Below, piece after piece: positions 26,360 to 38,790 of a stretch of DNA of 64,000 bases (within the stretch, counting starts at the first letter, position 1; each line of letters begins with the position of its first letter). The stretch is from Octopus bimaculoides (Eukaryota), in the NCBI RefSeq assembly GCF_001194135.2, contig NC_068991.1:65381835-65445834 (forward strand), read 5' to 3'. Below the pieces are notes generated by a model. That model was not told the origin of the DNA and searched no databases. It worked only from the letters and a program-made list of their open reading frames with translations. The position numbers were made by a program, and so were the translations under genes.

Positions 26360-26394
<35 letters not shown>

Positions 26395-26610
26395 TATATA
26401 TATACACACATACACACAAAATGTATATGCTGTGTCCTTGTGAAGCACATTTGTATGTTCATATTAGTTCAATTTATGTATACAAAAGTTTTAAATGTGA
26501 TATACATAAGTGAAATTTTGGGTGGATTCAATTTGTAGAAAACAGAAGACTGGAAAAATATGGTATATTTTTAATTAAAAATATAGCAAATTTTTCCAGT
26601 CTTCTGTTTT

Positions 26611-26642
<32 letters not shown>

Positions 26643-26875
26643 CAGGGTTGGCCAAAAGTCACGGGACAGTAAATCAAAACCATTTAATTCCAAGATATAT
26701 TTATGTTTAACAACTGAATGAATTTAATAAAAGCATCTAAATATGAAACATCATGAAAATTGCTCAAACTAAAGTGCTTCTCGAGTGACACATTTCTCTA
26801 TTCGAGTCAATACAGAATTACAGATAGTATTTATGGAATTTTGATTTACTGTCATGTGACTTATGGCCAACCCTG
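26643..26875. mobile_element. Tc1/mariner MITE (233 bp)
   Basis: TA TSD. TIR CAGGGTTGGCCAAAAGTCACGGGACAGTAAATCAAAA matches the reverse complement of TTTTGATTTACTGTCATGTGACTTATGGCCAACCCTG. Confidence 0.9.
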
Positions 26876-27836
26876 TATGTATATATATATATATATNNNN
26901 NNNNNNNNNNNNNNNNNNNNNNNNNNNNNNNNNNNNNNNNNNNNNNNNNNNNNNNNNNNNNNNNNNNNNNNNNNNNNNNNNNNNNNNNNNNNNNNNNNNN
27001 NNNNNNNNNNNNNNNNNNNNNNNNNNNNNNNNNNNNNNNNNNNNNNNNNNNNNNNNNNNNNNNNNNNNNNNNNNNNNNNNNNNNNNNNNNNNNNNNNNNN
27101 NNNNNNNNNNNNNNNNNNNNNNNNNNNNNNNNNNNNNNNNNNNNNNNNNNNNNNNNNNNNNNNNNNNNNNNNNNNNNNNNNNNNNNNNNNNNNNNNNNNN
27201 NNNNNNNNNNNNNNNNNNNNNNNNNNNNNNNNNNNNNNNNNNNNNNNNNNNNNNNNNNNNNNNNNNNNNNNNNNNNNNNNNNNNNNNNNNNNNNNNNNNN
27301 NNNNNNNNNNNNNNNNNNNNNNNNNNNNNNNNNNNNNNNNNNNNNNNNNNNNNNNNNNNNNNNNNNNNNNNNNNNNNNNNNNNNNNNNNNNNNNNNNNNN
27401 NNNNNNNNNNNNNNNNNNNNNNNNNNNNNNNNNNNNNNNNNNNNNNNNNNNNNNNNNNNNNNNNNNNNNNNNNNNNNNNNNNNNNNNNNNNNNNNNNNNN
27501 NNNNNNNNNNNNNNNNNNNNNNNNNNNNNNNNNNNNNNNNNNNNNNNNNNNNNNNNNNNNNNNNNNNNNNNNNNNNNNNNNNNNNNNNNNNNNNNNNNNN
27601 NNNNNNNNNNNNNNNNNNNNNNNNNNNNNNNNNNNNNNNNNNNNATATATATATATATATATATATATAATAACATAAATAATGTATAAATATATGCATA
27701 TATCCATACATATATGTACATACCTACATCTATATGTATACATACATGCAAATATGGGTACAGGACATCACAAAAAACGTTAAACACAATGAGAAACTAA
27801 AACATAAAGACGAAGACAGAAAACAAACTTTTTAAA

Positions 27837-28064
27837 GTGCTGAAAAGTTCCTGGCTCTAAGGAAACAGGCCTTTTATTTATGATAATAAAAGGCCTAGTT
27901 GGGGACCCAACCTTCTGAGTTCTTTTATGAAGTTTAGAAAACTGAAGGACAGCTGCAATAAGTGTATGAATCTGAGAGGGGAATATATTGGATAAAACCA
28001 TAATTAACTGATCTGCCCGTATTTTCTTTTACCGTAAGCCAGGAACTTTTCAGCACACCCTCAC
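27837..28064 (+). mobile_element. Internally deleted mariner element
   Basis: TIR cores GTGCTGAAAAGTTCCTGGCT / AGCCAGGAACTTTTCAGCAC. The interior retains a transposase C-terminal remnant CNKCMNLRGEYIG* resembling mariner KCI.L.G.YVE. Confidence 0.75.
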
Positions 28065-28403
28065 GTGTGTGCATGTGTTTGTATTTAGAGAGAGAGAGAG
28101 AGAGGCATAACACTTTCCAAACACTGATGGTCTTATAATGTGCACTAATTTACCAGCAGGAACTTCATATACTCATGGCTGCCAAACTAGTTTATAGATA
28201 CCCTGTGCAGTACAATATTAATAAGCTTGTATCATTTATACTAATGTACAGGTACCTACACAGATACACGTTTGATATTTGTTTAATTTAGAGTATGAGC
28301 AAGCTTGGTTTGTAAAAAATCAGTAGTCCAGAATGGCTTTGAACCAAAGGTTCTGGAAAATCAATATTGAACTTCTCTCTCTCTCTCTGTCCGTGTGCAT
28401 GTG

Positions 28404-28444
<41 letters not shown>

Positions 28445-29690
28445 AACATATAAGAAAAGTGGAACATTTGCTAATCAAAAAACAGACTTGGATGAAGATC
28501 AAAAGGATAGACTTAAGGAACGATGAAAGTATTTTGTTTGTCTCTGCTCTACCCTCTCCACCAGCAACACTGGCCCTATTTTATTAATTTCAAGATGATC
28601 TGCAACCTCTCCTCCTCCCTACTACACATTCATTCATTGATAATAAGCAACTGACCTAATCAATAGGAATAATACCAGTCAAATGATTAATCTACAATAA
28701 TACTAACTAATACAAAACTCACTACAGACGTCACCAATTATGGACATCTGACGATTCATAATTTTTCTTAAGTAGAAGACCAGCTTGTTATTGCATCTTC
28801 TTCAGATTCCATCTACCAGACCCTCTCACAAGACTTTGATCAGCCTAGGACTATATCGAAGGCACTTATCCAAGAATCATGCTTGGGAAAGAAGATCCTC
28901 AACTGCACAGCCATGCTAAAACATACACACCACTTATGAAGGATTGTATTTTATTGTGTAACATCATGTGTAACTGAATACCGTTACATGAAACAAAGTA
29001 ATACCAAGCCCTTTTCTACCATCATTCATTCATATAACTATTTTAAAATGTTTCAGCTGCGGTCATGCTGGAGCACCACGTACATTATATACATGCACTA
29101 CATACATACAAACATTACATACATATATGTATGTATACATGATGATGCACCCACATGCCTGTTTTGATCTATCACTGTTCAATCAACTGGACAATCTACT
29201 AATTGAATTAACATGCAAAGTGGCTGAGTATTCCAAAGACATATGTATCCAAGAACCTACACAATGGGATTGAACTTGGAATTTCATGGTTCGGAACTGA
29301 ATTTCTTAACGACTCAACTTTACCTGCATCTCCACTCACACAGAAATTTATATATATCTATGTGTGTGTGTATGTGTGCAAACACAGGTGTAAAATACGT
29401 CTGTGTTAACAGGTGTAAAACAGTACACCAAGCTATGTTCCCTTACGTCAAATGTTAACAGCCATTTGATTAACAAAAATCAATAACAGTCAGTTGATTA
29501 ATAGATACTGATAACAGTTCTTCAATAAACAGAGATCAATAAGTATCAAACTGGAATTAGTACTGAGGTCAACATGACAGACTAAAAACATAGAAAGCAG
29601 TGCCCTGAACAGGTTGCAACTAGTGAAACAGCAAAGGAAGACACACCATACTTCTATATGTGAGCACAGAAGAATATATGTGTATATACG

Positions 29691-29889
29691 CTTTACTCTT
29701 TTACTTGTTTCAGTCATTTGACTGTGGCCATGCTGGAGCACCGCCTTTTAGCCGAGTAAATCGACCCCAGGACTTATTCTTTGGAAGCCTAGTACTTATT
29801 CTATCGGTCTCTTTTTGCCGAACCGCTAAGTAACGGGGACGTAAGTACACCAGCATCGGTTGTCAAGCGACGTTGGGGGACAAACACAA

Positions 29890-29921
<32 letters not shown>

Positions 29922-30083
29922 GACGGGCTTCTTTCAGTTTCCGTCTACCAAATCCACTCACAAGGCTTTGGTCGGCCCGAGGCTATAGTAGAAGACACTT
30001 GCCCAAGGTGCCACGCAGTGGGACTGAACCCGGAACCATGTGGTTGGTAAACAAGCTACTTACCACACAGCCACTCCTACGCC
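29691..30083 (-). mobile_element. SINE family A, full-length young copy
   Basis: Near-consensus and CpG-retaining. Confidence 0.9.
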
Positions 30084-30461
30084 TATATGTGTGTGTTATA
30101 TATACATGCATTGTTGTTATTATTCAGCTCAGGATCGGCCTTGTTTGAGCAGACCTACGCATGATAACAGACACTGCAGCATTGGCTAGTATGCCTTTCT
30201 TCATTGCCTAATGTGTCCTTCTCGTTTTATGAGGGTAGGAAGTGGGATGCAAGATGAATTTGACTGCTACTTCCAGCAGGTCAGGTGTCCTTAAATGGTG
30301 ATGGTAGTAGCAGCGATGCTGATGAACGATGTGTATGCCAGATGTATCTATGTAAGTGTGTGTATATGTGTCTGTGCATGTGTATACATATATATATTTT
30401 ACACACACATACACACACGCTTCCTTGCTTGATGGGGCTGGAGTCATATATATATATATAT

Positions 30462-30665
30462 AAGTTCAAAAAATGACAAAAAACAATAACAAAAAAAAAC
30501 AACAAAGTAAGGACGTGATACGGATAGTGTTATTAGACGCTCGGGAAAGGAAAGAGAGAGAGAGTATGACGTTTCGGGCGGAGCCCTTCGTCGGAAAGAC
30601 GGAAAGTTCAAAGAATGGAAAAACGGAGGAAGAAAAAATCGGCACCGATGCCCACGAGGTTACAT
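30462..30665 (-). mobile_element. Penelope-like fragment with a hammerhead-like motif (30564-30598)
   Basis: Reverse strand reads CTTT CCGACGA A GGGC-TCC-GCCC GAAAC GTC ATAC. Shares gacgctcgggaa with the 38.4 kb copy and sits next to (TA)n. Confidence 0.55.
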
Positions 30666-30729
30666 CATATATTTGTATATATATTTCGTTATGGCATTGC
30701 AATACTAATAACCTGTTATACATACATAA

Positions 30730-30762
<33 letters not shown>

Positions 30763-30844
30763 AACATGAAATCTGATGCACATACAATGTATATGTGTGT
30801 GATGATGATGTGTACATCAGATATTATCTATGTGTATGTTGTAT

Positions 30845-31569
30845 ATGTTTATATATGTGTACACACACATATACATATTTATAAACATGAAACATGCATG
30901 TGTCCATATTACGTAGTGTAATAAGTGTGTAATTATATGAATATTCACACACACATCAAACGAGGGCATTGTAACAGCCATAACCACAACAGTAATGTGA
31001 CATTTGCCAAGAATATCAAATTGGCGTATGTTGCTTCATTTGATTCATGTAATGAGAGGATTTGATGTTGCCGCTACAGACGACCGCCACCGCCATCACA
31101 ACTAAACTAATACGAACAACATTACCACCTCCACCACCACTGCTAACATCTACACTTCTTCAGAACCACAAGCCAACAAGAGTGTCTCTACTTGGTTGCT
31201 CAACATGCTAGAAATAGTAACCAAATCTCTCCCTCAGATCATGCTGTACCGTATAGGTGCGGTTAAGAAACTCGCCTCCCGACCATGTGGTTTCAGGTTC
31301 ATGTTAGACTAATAACCTGGTTTATATATGTATGTGTACACACACACACACATATATGCATATTTATAAACATGAAACATGCATGTGTTCATATTATGTA
31401 GTGTGATAAATATGTGATTATATGAATGTTCATGCACACATATCAAACCAGGGTACTGTAATCGTCATAACCACAACGATAATGTGACATTTGCCAAGAA
31501 TATCAAATTGGCGTATGTTGCTCCATTCGATTCATGTAATGAGAGGATTTGGTGTTGCCACTACAGACA
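30845..31569. repeat. Local duplication of about 240 bp (30845-31082 and 31320-31569)
   Basis: Shared blocks such as aatgtgacatttgccaagaatatcaaattggcgtatgttgct, with scattered substitutions. Confidence 0.9.
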
Positions 31570-32181
31570 GCTGGCACTGTGTAGCATCTTGGTCAAGTGT
31601 CCTCTATGATAGACTTGGGTTGACCAATGCTTTGTGAATGAGTATGGTAGACAGAAACTGTGAGGAAGGCTGTCATATGAATATATGTACGTGTGTATCT
31701 TTGTTTGTCCCCAACCATCACTTGACAACTGGTGTTGGTTTGTTTACAAACCTGTAACTTAACAGGGTCGGTAATATAGATCTAATAGAATAAATCACGG
31801 TATTACGGTATCAACCAGACTTTTGGATGTTGTTATACATCGCTGGTCACAGTTCACTTTGCCTTGTTTTAGTTTTCGAATAATGCCACCTTGCTGGTCA
31901 GGCAAGCAGGCCAACATTCTCCCTGGTTGGAAGATTAGTCTGTCCATTTACAGCCGAGTGGAATGGTGCAACGTGAGAAAGAACACATTTTGAACCCAGC
32001 TGTTTTGGTGTTGTTTATTTGGTGTCACTGATTCCATGACATCAGACATTCTAATGTTTCATTTTTTCCCTTGTTCTCTGTGTTTATGTGTGTGAACATA
32101 TTTCTCTTTGTATGAGGAGAGGGTAAGTGCTTATGTCAATTGCATTCAATTAATAAACTGGAATCTCTCTCTGTCTCTGTA

Positions 32182-32859
32182 CAGTGGTCCTCAACCGGAG
32201 TCCATATGACCACTAAGAGTTCATACAAGATTTTTGGGGGTCCATGCAAGCAAAATAGTAAATTAGGGATCTACAACAGTATTTTAAGGGTCCATGAAAA
32301 CATTTCACTTCAGATGTCATCATCATCAGCGTCTAACGTCTGCCTTCCATGCTAGCATGGGTTGGACGATTTGACCGAGGACTGGCAAACCAGATGGCTA
32401 CACCAGGCTCCAATCTGATTTGGCAGAGTTTCTACAGCTGGATGCCCTTCCTAACGCCAACCACTCCGAGAGTGTAGTGGGTGCAATTTACGTGCCACCG
32501 GCAAGAAGGCCAATCAGCCACACTCAAATGGTGTATTTTACGTGCCACCTGCACAGGAGCCAGTCCAGCGGCATTGGCAACGATCTCGCTCGAATGACTT
32601 TTCATGTGCCAGGAACGCGACGCAGCGGCACAAGTGCCAGGAAAGCGACGCTGGTAACGATATGTATTTATTGTTAAAAAAACAGGTAGCTTTCTTTCTC
32701 TAATGTTTTACATAGAGTGTGTTTCCAATCACCGATTCAGAATTTTGAAGGAAGCTTCTATGAAACTAGTTCTTAAACATCAAATGGCTGTGGGGATCCA
32801 CCAGAGTAAAACAGTAATTAAAGGAGGCCCATAGGTAAAAAAATGGTTGAGACCCACTG
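32182..32859. mobile_element. hAT (Charlie/MER5-like) MITE interrupted by a SINE
   Basis: TIRs CAGTGGTCCTCAACC / GGTTGAGACCCACTG. The right flank ATCTAGTA fits the NTCTAGAN-type target, but the left 8-mer matches only partly. A SINE occupies about 32316-32660. Confidence 0.65.
32316..32660 (-). mobile_element. SINE family B inserted in a hAT MITE
   Basis: Family B consensus. Confidence 0.85.
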
Positions 32860-32894
32860 ATCTAGTATGTTTGTATGTATAATGTCTTTCTCTA

Positions 32895-32937
<43 letters not shown>

Positions 32938-32941
32938 GTAT

Positions 32942-33154
32942 ACTCTTTTACTCTTTTACTTGTTTCAGTCATTTGACTGCGGCCTTGCTGGAGCACCGCC
33001 TTTAGTCGAGAAAATCGACCCTGGGACTTATTCTTTGTAAGCCTAGTACTTACTCTATCAGTCTCTTTTTGCCGAACCATTAAGTTATGGGGACGTAAAC
33101 ACACCAGCATTGGTTGTCAAGCAATGGTGGGGGGACAAACACAGACACACAAAC

Positions 33155-33207
<53 letters not shown>

Positions 33208-33376
33208 TATATACGACGGGCTTCTTTCAGTTTCCGTCTACCAAATCTACTCACAGGGCTTTTGTTGGCCCGAGGCTATAGTAGAAGACACTTGTCCAAG
33301 GTGCCACGCAGTGGGACTGAACCCGGAACCATGTGGTTGGTAAGCAAGCTACTTACCACACAGCCACTCCTGCGCC
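32942..33376 (-). mobile_element. SINE family A, full-length
   Basis: Same consensus, with an expanded central CA/TA tract. Confidence 0.9.
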
Positions 33377-33706
33377 TATGTTTGTATATACATATATCTG
33401 TGTTTCTCTATATATATCTGGTTGTGTGTGTGTGTGTGTGTGTGTTTGCTTGCAGCACCAAAAAGTACTGTTGTCAAAAACAGTCTGAATGACCAGTCAG
33501 CTGGGCCAAATCATCAACATCCAAATAGCTGTGTCCACTCATCTCATTCTGTATCCTGGTGCAACATAGACTTTTTGAAAATATGATTTAAGGCTTTGGA
33601 AAATCTATATTAATGCTTGGGTATCTTAAATAACATGTTCCTCATAATTTTGTCATACACAATTATAGTAAGCAAGTAATTTTCTATATTTTTCTATAAT
33701 TTTTAA

Positions 33707-33930
33707 GCCTTTTGTTACCATATTTCTATTAAACTACAGTCTTTATTTCAATCAATTTTGAAAATAATGAAGAATTTAATAAAATTCTGTCATGATTAAG
33801 TCGATGTTTGGAACTTAAATCAATATAAAATTCTGATGGAAGGTTTTAATTTACATCATTTTATAAACAAGAAGTTTGTCTCAGAGAACTGGAAGCAGAG
33901 AGAATCTCAGATGAGTTGGCATCAAAAGGA
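33707..33930. mobile_element. piggyBac-type MITE, diverged copy of the 6181-6400 family in opposite orientation
   Basis: TTAA flanks, ends GCCTTTTGTTAC / TCAAAAGGA, and internal similarity (aatgaagaatttaataaaat, gatggaaggttttaatt) to the reverse complement of 6181-6400. Confidence 0.7.
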
Positions 33931-34386
33931 TTAACTTCCTTTGCTAAGTGCACCAGTAATTTTCTTTATTTAATCTCCAGTCGATATGATTAAGATCCCA
34001 ACCCATAGTAGGTATATAAGCCAACAACAGAGCCTCACTACAAGAAAAACAGTCAGTCACACTTTAATAAAATGTATATTTGCTAACAATCATTATATTA
34101 CACTATGCTTGAATAACAATAAAAAATGGGATGGTTATTGCTGGAATACCTCTCCTGTGGATCTGCTCTATATAATGACTTTTTATATTTTCTAAAGAAC
34201 AGAACTTTAAAAGTAATTTATCCAAAATACAGTAAATTCTTTTGACTATTTCCTTTAGATATTAATCAACTCATGCATGGTTGGGTACTGCAATAATTTA
34301 ATATAAGCTGTACATCTATGAATTTGCAAAATTAATGTTTCATTATTTTTCTCAGCACAGATACATTCAAGCAGGTCCCTACATAC

Positions 34387-34455
34387 CTGTAATTTGCCCC
34401 TGATGCTAAAAAGGTTAACCCGCTCCAGCTCTGTGTGATCATTCAACCCGTGGAG
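34387..34455 (-). CDS. Candidate 69-bp internal coding exon (LHGLNDHTELERVNLFSIRGKLQ)
   Basis: Minus strand: pyrimidine-rich acceptor gcttttgtttattcccag| and donor CAG|gtatgt. Only phase 0 is open. No homology recognised. Confidence 0.4.
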
Positions 34456-35236
34456 CTGGGAATAAACAAAAGCAACATCTATATCTCCCACACTTAACCC
34501 TCCACAGTTTCTTAGTTCTGTACACAGCACTTTGATCTTTATCATTCAGGTATCAGGTGTGCTTGTGTGTGAGTGTGGGGGGGGGGGAGAAGGACAGGAC
34601 ACAATGTAATGCCATCGAAAGGATATGAACTTCAGACATTTTCCAGCTGTTGAGTTATTTTTTTGTGTGTATGATTGGGTTCCATAAAGGACCAAGTTGA
34701 GAGAATGCTGGACAACCGAGGGATGAGTGGTTCATTTCTGGTCAGAGGCAGTATACAATTCATGACCAGGACACTAGAGTTCCAATGGCTCGGTCAGAAT
34801 AAAAGAATATGTTTAGCCTTCTTGTTGGGAGTTAGGGGATGTCTCAGACACAATCACTACTATCCATTCTTTGTACCTTCACATTCTCTTCAAGATGAAT
34901 AGGATTGGTGAGTCCCAAAATCTCAATTTTACTGTCAGTATTGACTCCATTAGAATTTACCTTTTTGCAGGCACTCACAGGCAATAAGGGCTCAGTTTTT
35001 CTAACTGTAAATAAGTGACACAAGGTAGAAAAAAACTACTGCTGCAAGCACCCCTACAAAATTAGTGTTTCATTAGTACACAGAGTCAGATATTTGTAAG
35101 AAAAGAGTGTAGTTAATTGATTCACCCTCAATACACAACTGGTACTTATTGTATCAACCCAGCAGTGATTAACGACAAAGCTGTTGCTATGTCAACTATA
35201 AATAAACAAATCTATGACCAAAATCATCACAAACAT

Positions 35237-35284
<48 letters not shown>

Positions 35285-35989
35285 CATATACGTGCTTGCT
35301 CACACATACACACATATATATATATATTTCAGACTGTACATCTTTCTTTCTTAAGACAGTAGGGAATGATTTGAGAGAAATTTAGAGGCTATTTGCAGCA
35401 GGTCAAATGAAAATATAAAGCAATAATGAATAACTTTATTTTTATCCCTTTGGGCAAATTAAGAGTAGAGGAACCTGTTGATGGAGAATATCTGTACTCA
35501 GAAAAATAATGAAGTTTTAACGTTATAAATTTATAGCTATGCAACTTATATTAATTAGCAGCAATATACAGCCTTGTTCGTGTTTATTAATACCAAATGA
35601 ATACAATCACATGAATTTACTATCTGTTGGATAAATTGCTTTAAAAATATTAATTTTTTAGGAAATATCATAAAAGTCACACAGTGCATGACCTTTTCCT
35701 TGAAAAGACACACCTGTATGCAAAATGTCATCTACCTGGGTGAAAAACCACAACCTATAGATTGAAACACAAATTCACTTATATATATATGATGAACAGG
35801 AACGTGAAACTCTGAGTAACAGTTGAGAACAGCGGAAAATAGTTGCTGATGGCCTATGCTCCATAGGAAGCGATGGTCTTTAGATAAAGAGTTTGTGATT
35901 TGGGGAAACTTGGTTGCTACTTCTAGCTGACTGGACAACTATGTAAAGGCTCCTTCATTGGCTAGAATCATCATCATCTGCAAACAATT

Positions 35990-36175
35990 GCACACAGAAG
36001 TGCTGATAACTTAAAGTGGATGGAACTTGTGGAAGAGGGAGACCCAAGAAGACATGGGACTAAGTATTGAGGGCGAATCTCAAGACACTGAACCTTACAA
36101 AGGAGTTGACTAAGGATTGAGATGTTTGGCACTTTGCATGGAAAATGGACATATGATGATGAAATATATTTCTCA
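35990..36175 (+). mobile_element. RTE LINE extreme 3' end
   Basis: VDGTCGRGRPKKTWD..ANLKTLNLTKELTKD motif followed by a (GAT)n tail. Confidence 0.7.
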
Positions 36176-38366
36176 TCTGTTGCTAAGGAGATCTTGTCAT
36201 TATTCATTCACATCTAGAATGCTTTGTAGTGAACATTATACAGACACCAGTATTCACTTGGTACTTTATTGAATCCAGAATAATGAAAAACAAAGTCGAC
36301 CATAACAGCATCTAACTGAAAGGCATTACAATCTAGTTAAAAATGACTCCAGTTATATATATATATTTTTAAAGTTTATTACAATGACCAAAAGCAAAAT
36401 GGGTCTTGTCAGCATAACACTTAAAGTTATGGTCCAGTAGTAATTTTTTGTCATTATATTATAAACACATGAAGGTGGTGACCTGGAAGAATTGTTAGCA
36501 TGCCAAACAAAATGCCTAGTGGCATTTCTTCTGCTTTATGCTCCGAGTTCAAATGCAGCCGAGGTCAACTTTGGTTTCCATCCTTTCATTGTCGACAATA
36601 TAAGTACCAGACAAGCACTAGGGTGGATGTAAACATTTAGTCCCCTCCCCTAATTATAGGCCTTGTGCTTAGAGTTGAAAGGATTATATTATAAATATAC
36701 GTGCCCTATTTAATGCATTGAGTACTCTTATACTTTGTGAAACTCATTATTAAATGTACCGTAAAATATATAGTAAAAATGACGACTGGTATATAACTTC
36801 AAGATTTATGCTGGTGAAATTCACTGCATAGGTGTCTTGCTGGTTTGTACTTACATCTATGGAGCAGTAGAATACTATGCTAGCCTCACTTTAGGGCTCC
36901 CTAGTTTGAAGGGCCTTAAAATTTAAAAGGAATAGGTTTTAATTTTTTAAATCTTCTGGTGTAAATTTTATAGCTAGAGGACCTTAAACCTGATATGGTT
37001 TAGGGCTTCAGCAAATTTTATTCTTGCACTGTATATATGTATGTAATTTATGAATATGAACAGGGTGGGTGGGGAATTAAAACTGTCGACAGTCGGATGT
37101 CACAGCTAAATGCGTTTACGGCTTTACTACACGTTCATCTTGAATATTTTAACTTAAACAAAAAAAACTCGTAGTCTAGACAGAAATTACTACCTAAGTA
37201 CATGGCCCCCTCTCTTGGGATGGTCGTGTAAATCCCAGTAGAGACTGGCTACAAAATGTCTATGACCACTGCACGTCCTCTCCTGCCTGTAAGGAATAAG
37301 ACCCCATTGACACAGACAAAAAAAAAGAAAGCAACCGTAGTCCGACAACCATAGATTACTCAAGGTCCCACAATAATCCTTAAACGTCGAATAGATGCAG
37401 CGAAAAGTGACAGAGAAGGTGGAATTGTCAAATATGAACTACAAACTTCATAGACATGATTGTTTAGAGTAAAATACAACTTTGTTTGTGATGATGGAAG
37501 ACAACATTGACACTTTCACATTATATATATATATATATGAGAGGGAGAAAGGTCTTCCTTTCCGGGGATAGAAATTATGTACTTCACCGCTCACTCTAGT
37601 TTCAATATCAGACACACTTGTGGAGTTGATTTTCTCGCATAAATTTGTAATTCTGTCCTTTCCTATTTCAGTTTTCTGTTAGCTCCATGCCGCTAGTTTT
37701 ATTTACTCGCTCAGATGCGTTGTCTGACTCGAGATCTTATTTAAGAGGGTCATTCTTCTAAACGCCTGTCGTTACGATAGTTTCATTTGCGTTTTTTGAC
37801 TGGGGTTTTGAGATCTCTTTGATTTTTAACACCTACAGGCTTCTTAAATGGCAAATACGCTGCCCTGTTGCTTTTAATGTGTAAAAAAAAACCCTATTCA
37901 ACATAGGTTTCTCTCTCGTAGAACCACACAACCGAGCAAGCAATGAAAACAGGATAAAAGTGGAAGTAAACAGAGGAATGAATTCGTTCGTAATAGTGAT
38001 TTCATATAATAATAGCACACGATCACAAATCGACTATCCAGGTGTACCAAATATTAAAAGGGAGCGTCATAGAGTACACTCCCACGCGGTTTGCTAAGAA
38101 AACTTTCTCTCTAGATAGATAGATAGGTAGGTAGGTGTGTGTGTGCGTGTAATTAATAAGCTGTGGAATTACATAAAGGCCTCAATAGCCTAGAGTTTCT
38201 TGGAAAAGCACTTGTCAAATACCTCATGAAACCGCGTGTGTTAGCTTACAAACTAATATCAAAGTAAGGACTCAAGGATCTGCCATCGAGAATTAATATT
38301 TATACAGTTTATCAAATGATTTCATTAGACTGCAGCCAGTAACAAAATTATATATATATACATATA

Positions 38367-38500
38367 TAGTGAGAATTTACAAAAAAAACAAAAGACGAAG
38401 ACGGATGTGTAAACAACAAACAGATGTATTAGTTTAACGCTCGGGAAGGCTTTTACGTTTCGAGCCTACGCTCTTCGACAGAAAGGAACACAGAAATAAA
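38367..38500 (-). mobile_element. Penelope-like terminal-repeat fragment with a minimal hammerhead-like motif (38450-38485)
   Basis: Reverse strand reads CTTT CTGTCGA A GAGC-GTAG-GCTC GAAAC GTA AAAG. Flanked by (TA)n on both sides. Confidence 0.6.
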
Positions 38501-38790
38501 CATATATATATATGTATATGCGTGTGCTAAAATCTTTGACATCGATTTTATTATATTTAAGATATTAGTCATAATAAGCGCCAATTTGAGACAGAAAACG
38601 GATGAAAAGCTGACTGACGGAATTCGAAACCCAAGCAAGCAATAGGTATCTCATTGGGTCCGTTATTTGTTGCTTTTTATCTCAGGTTGGTGCTCATAGC
38701 ATACACACACATACAAACATACGCGCGCGCGAGAGATGGTGTGTATAGGAATTCATAGGTATAAATATCTATAAAAAAATGCAGGGCTAT

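Noticed and set aside
26760-27787. Long ORFs of 270-324 aa (also at 9.5, 15, 51.3, 60.8 and 62.9 kb)
   Set aside because: They are read-throughs of N gaps and flanking TA repeats.
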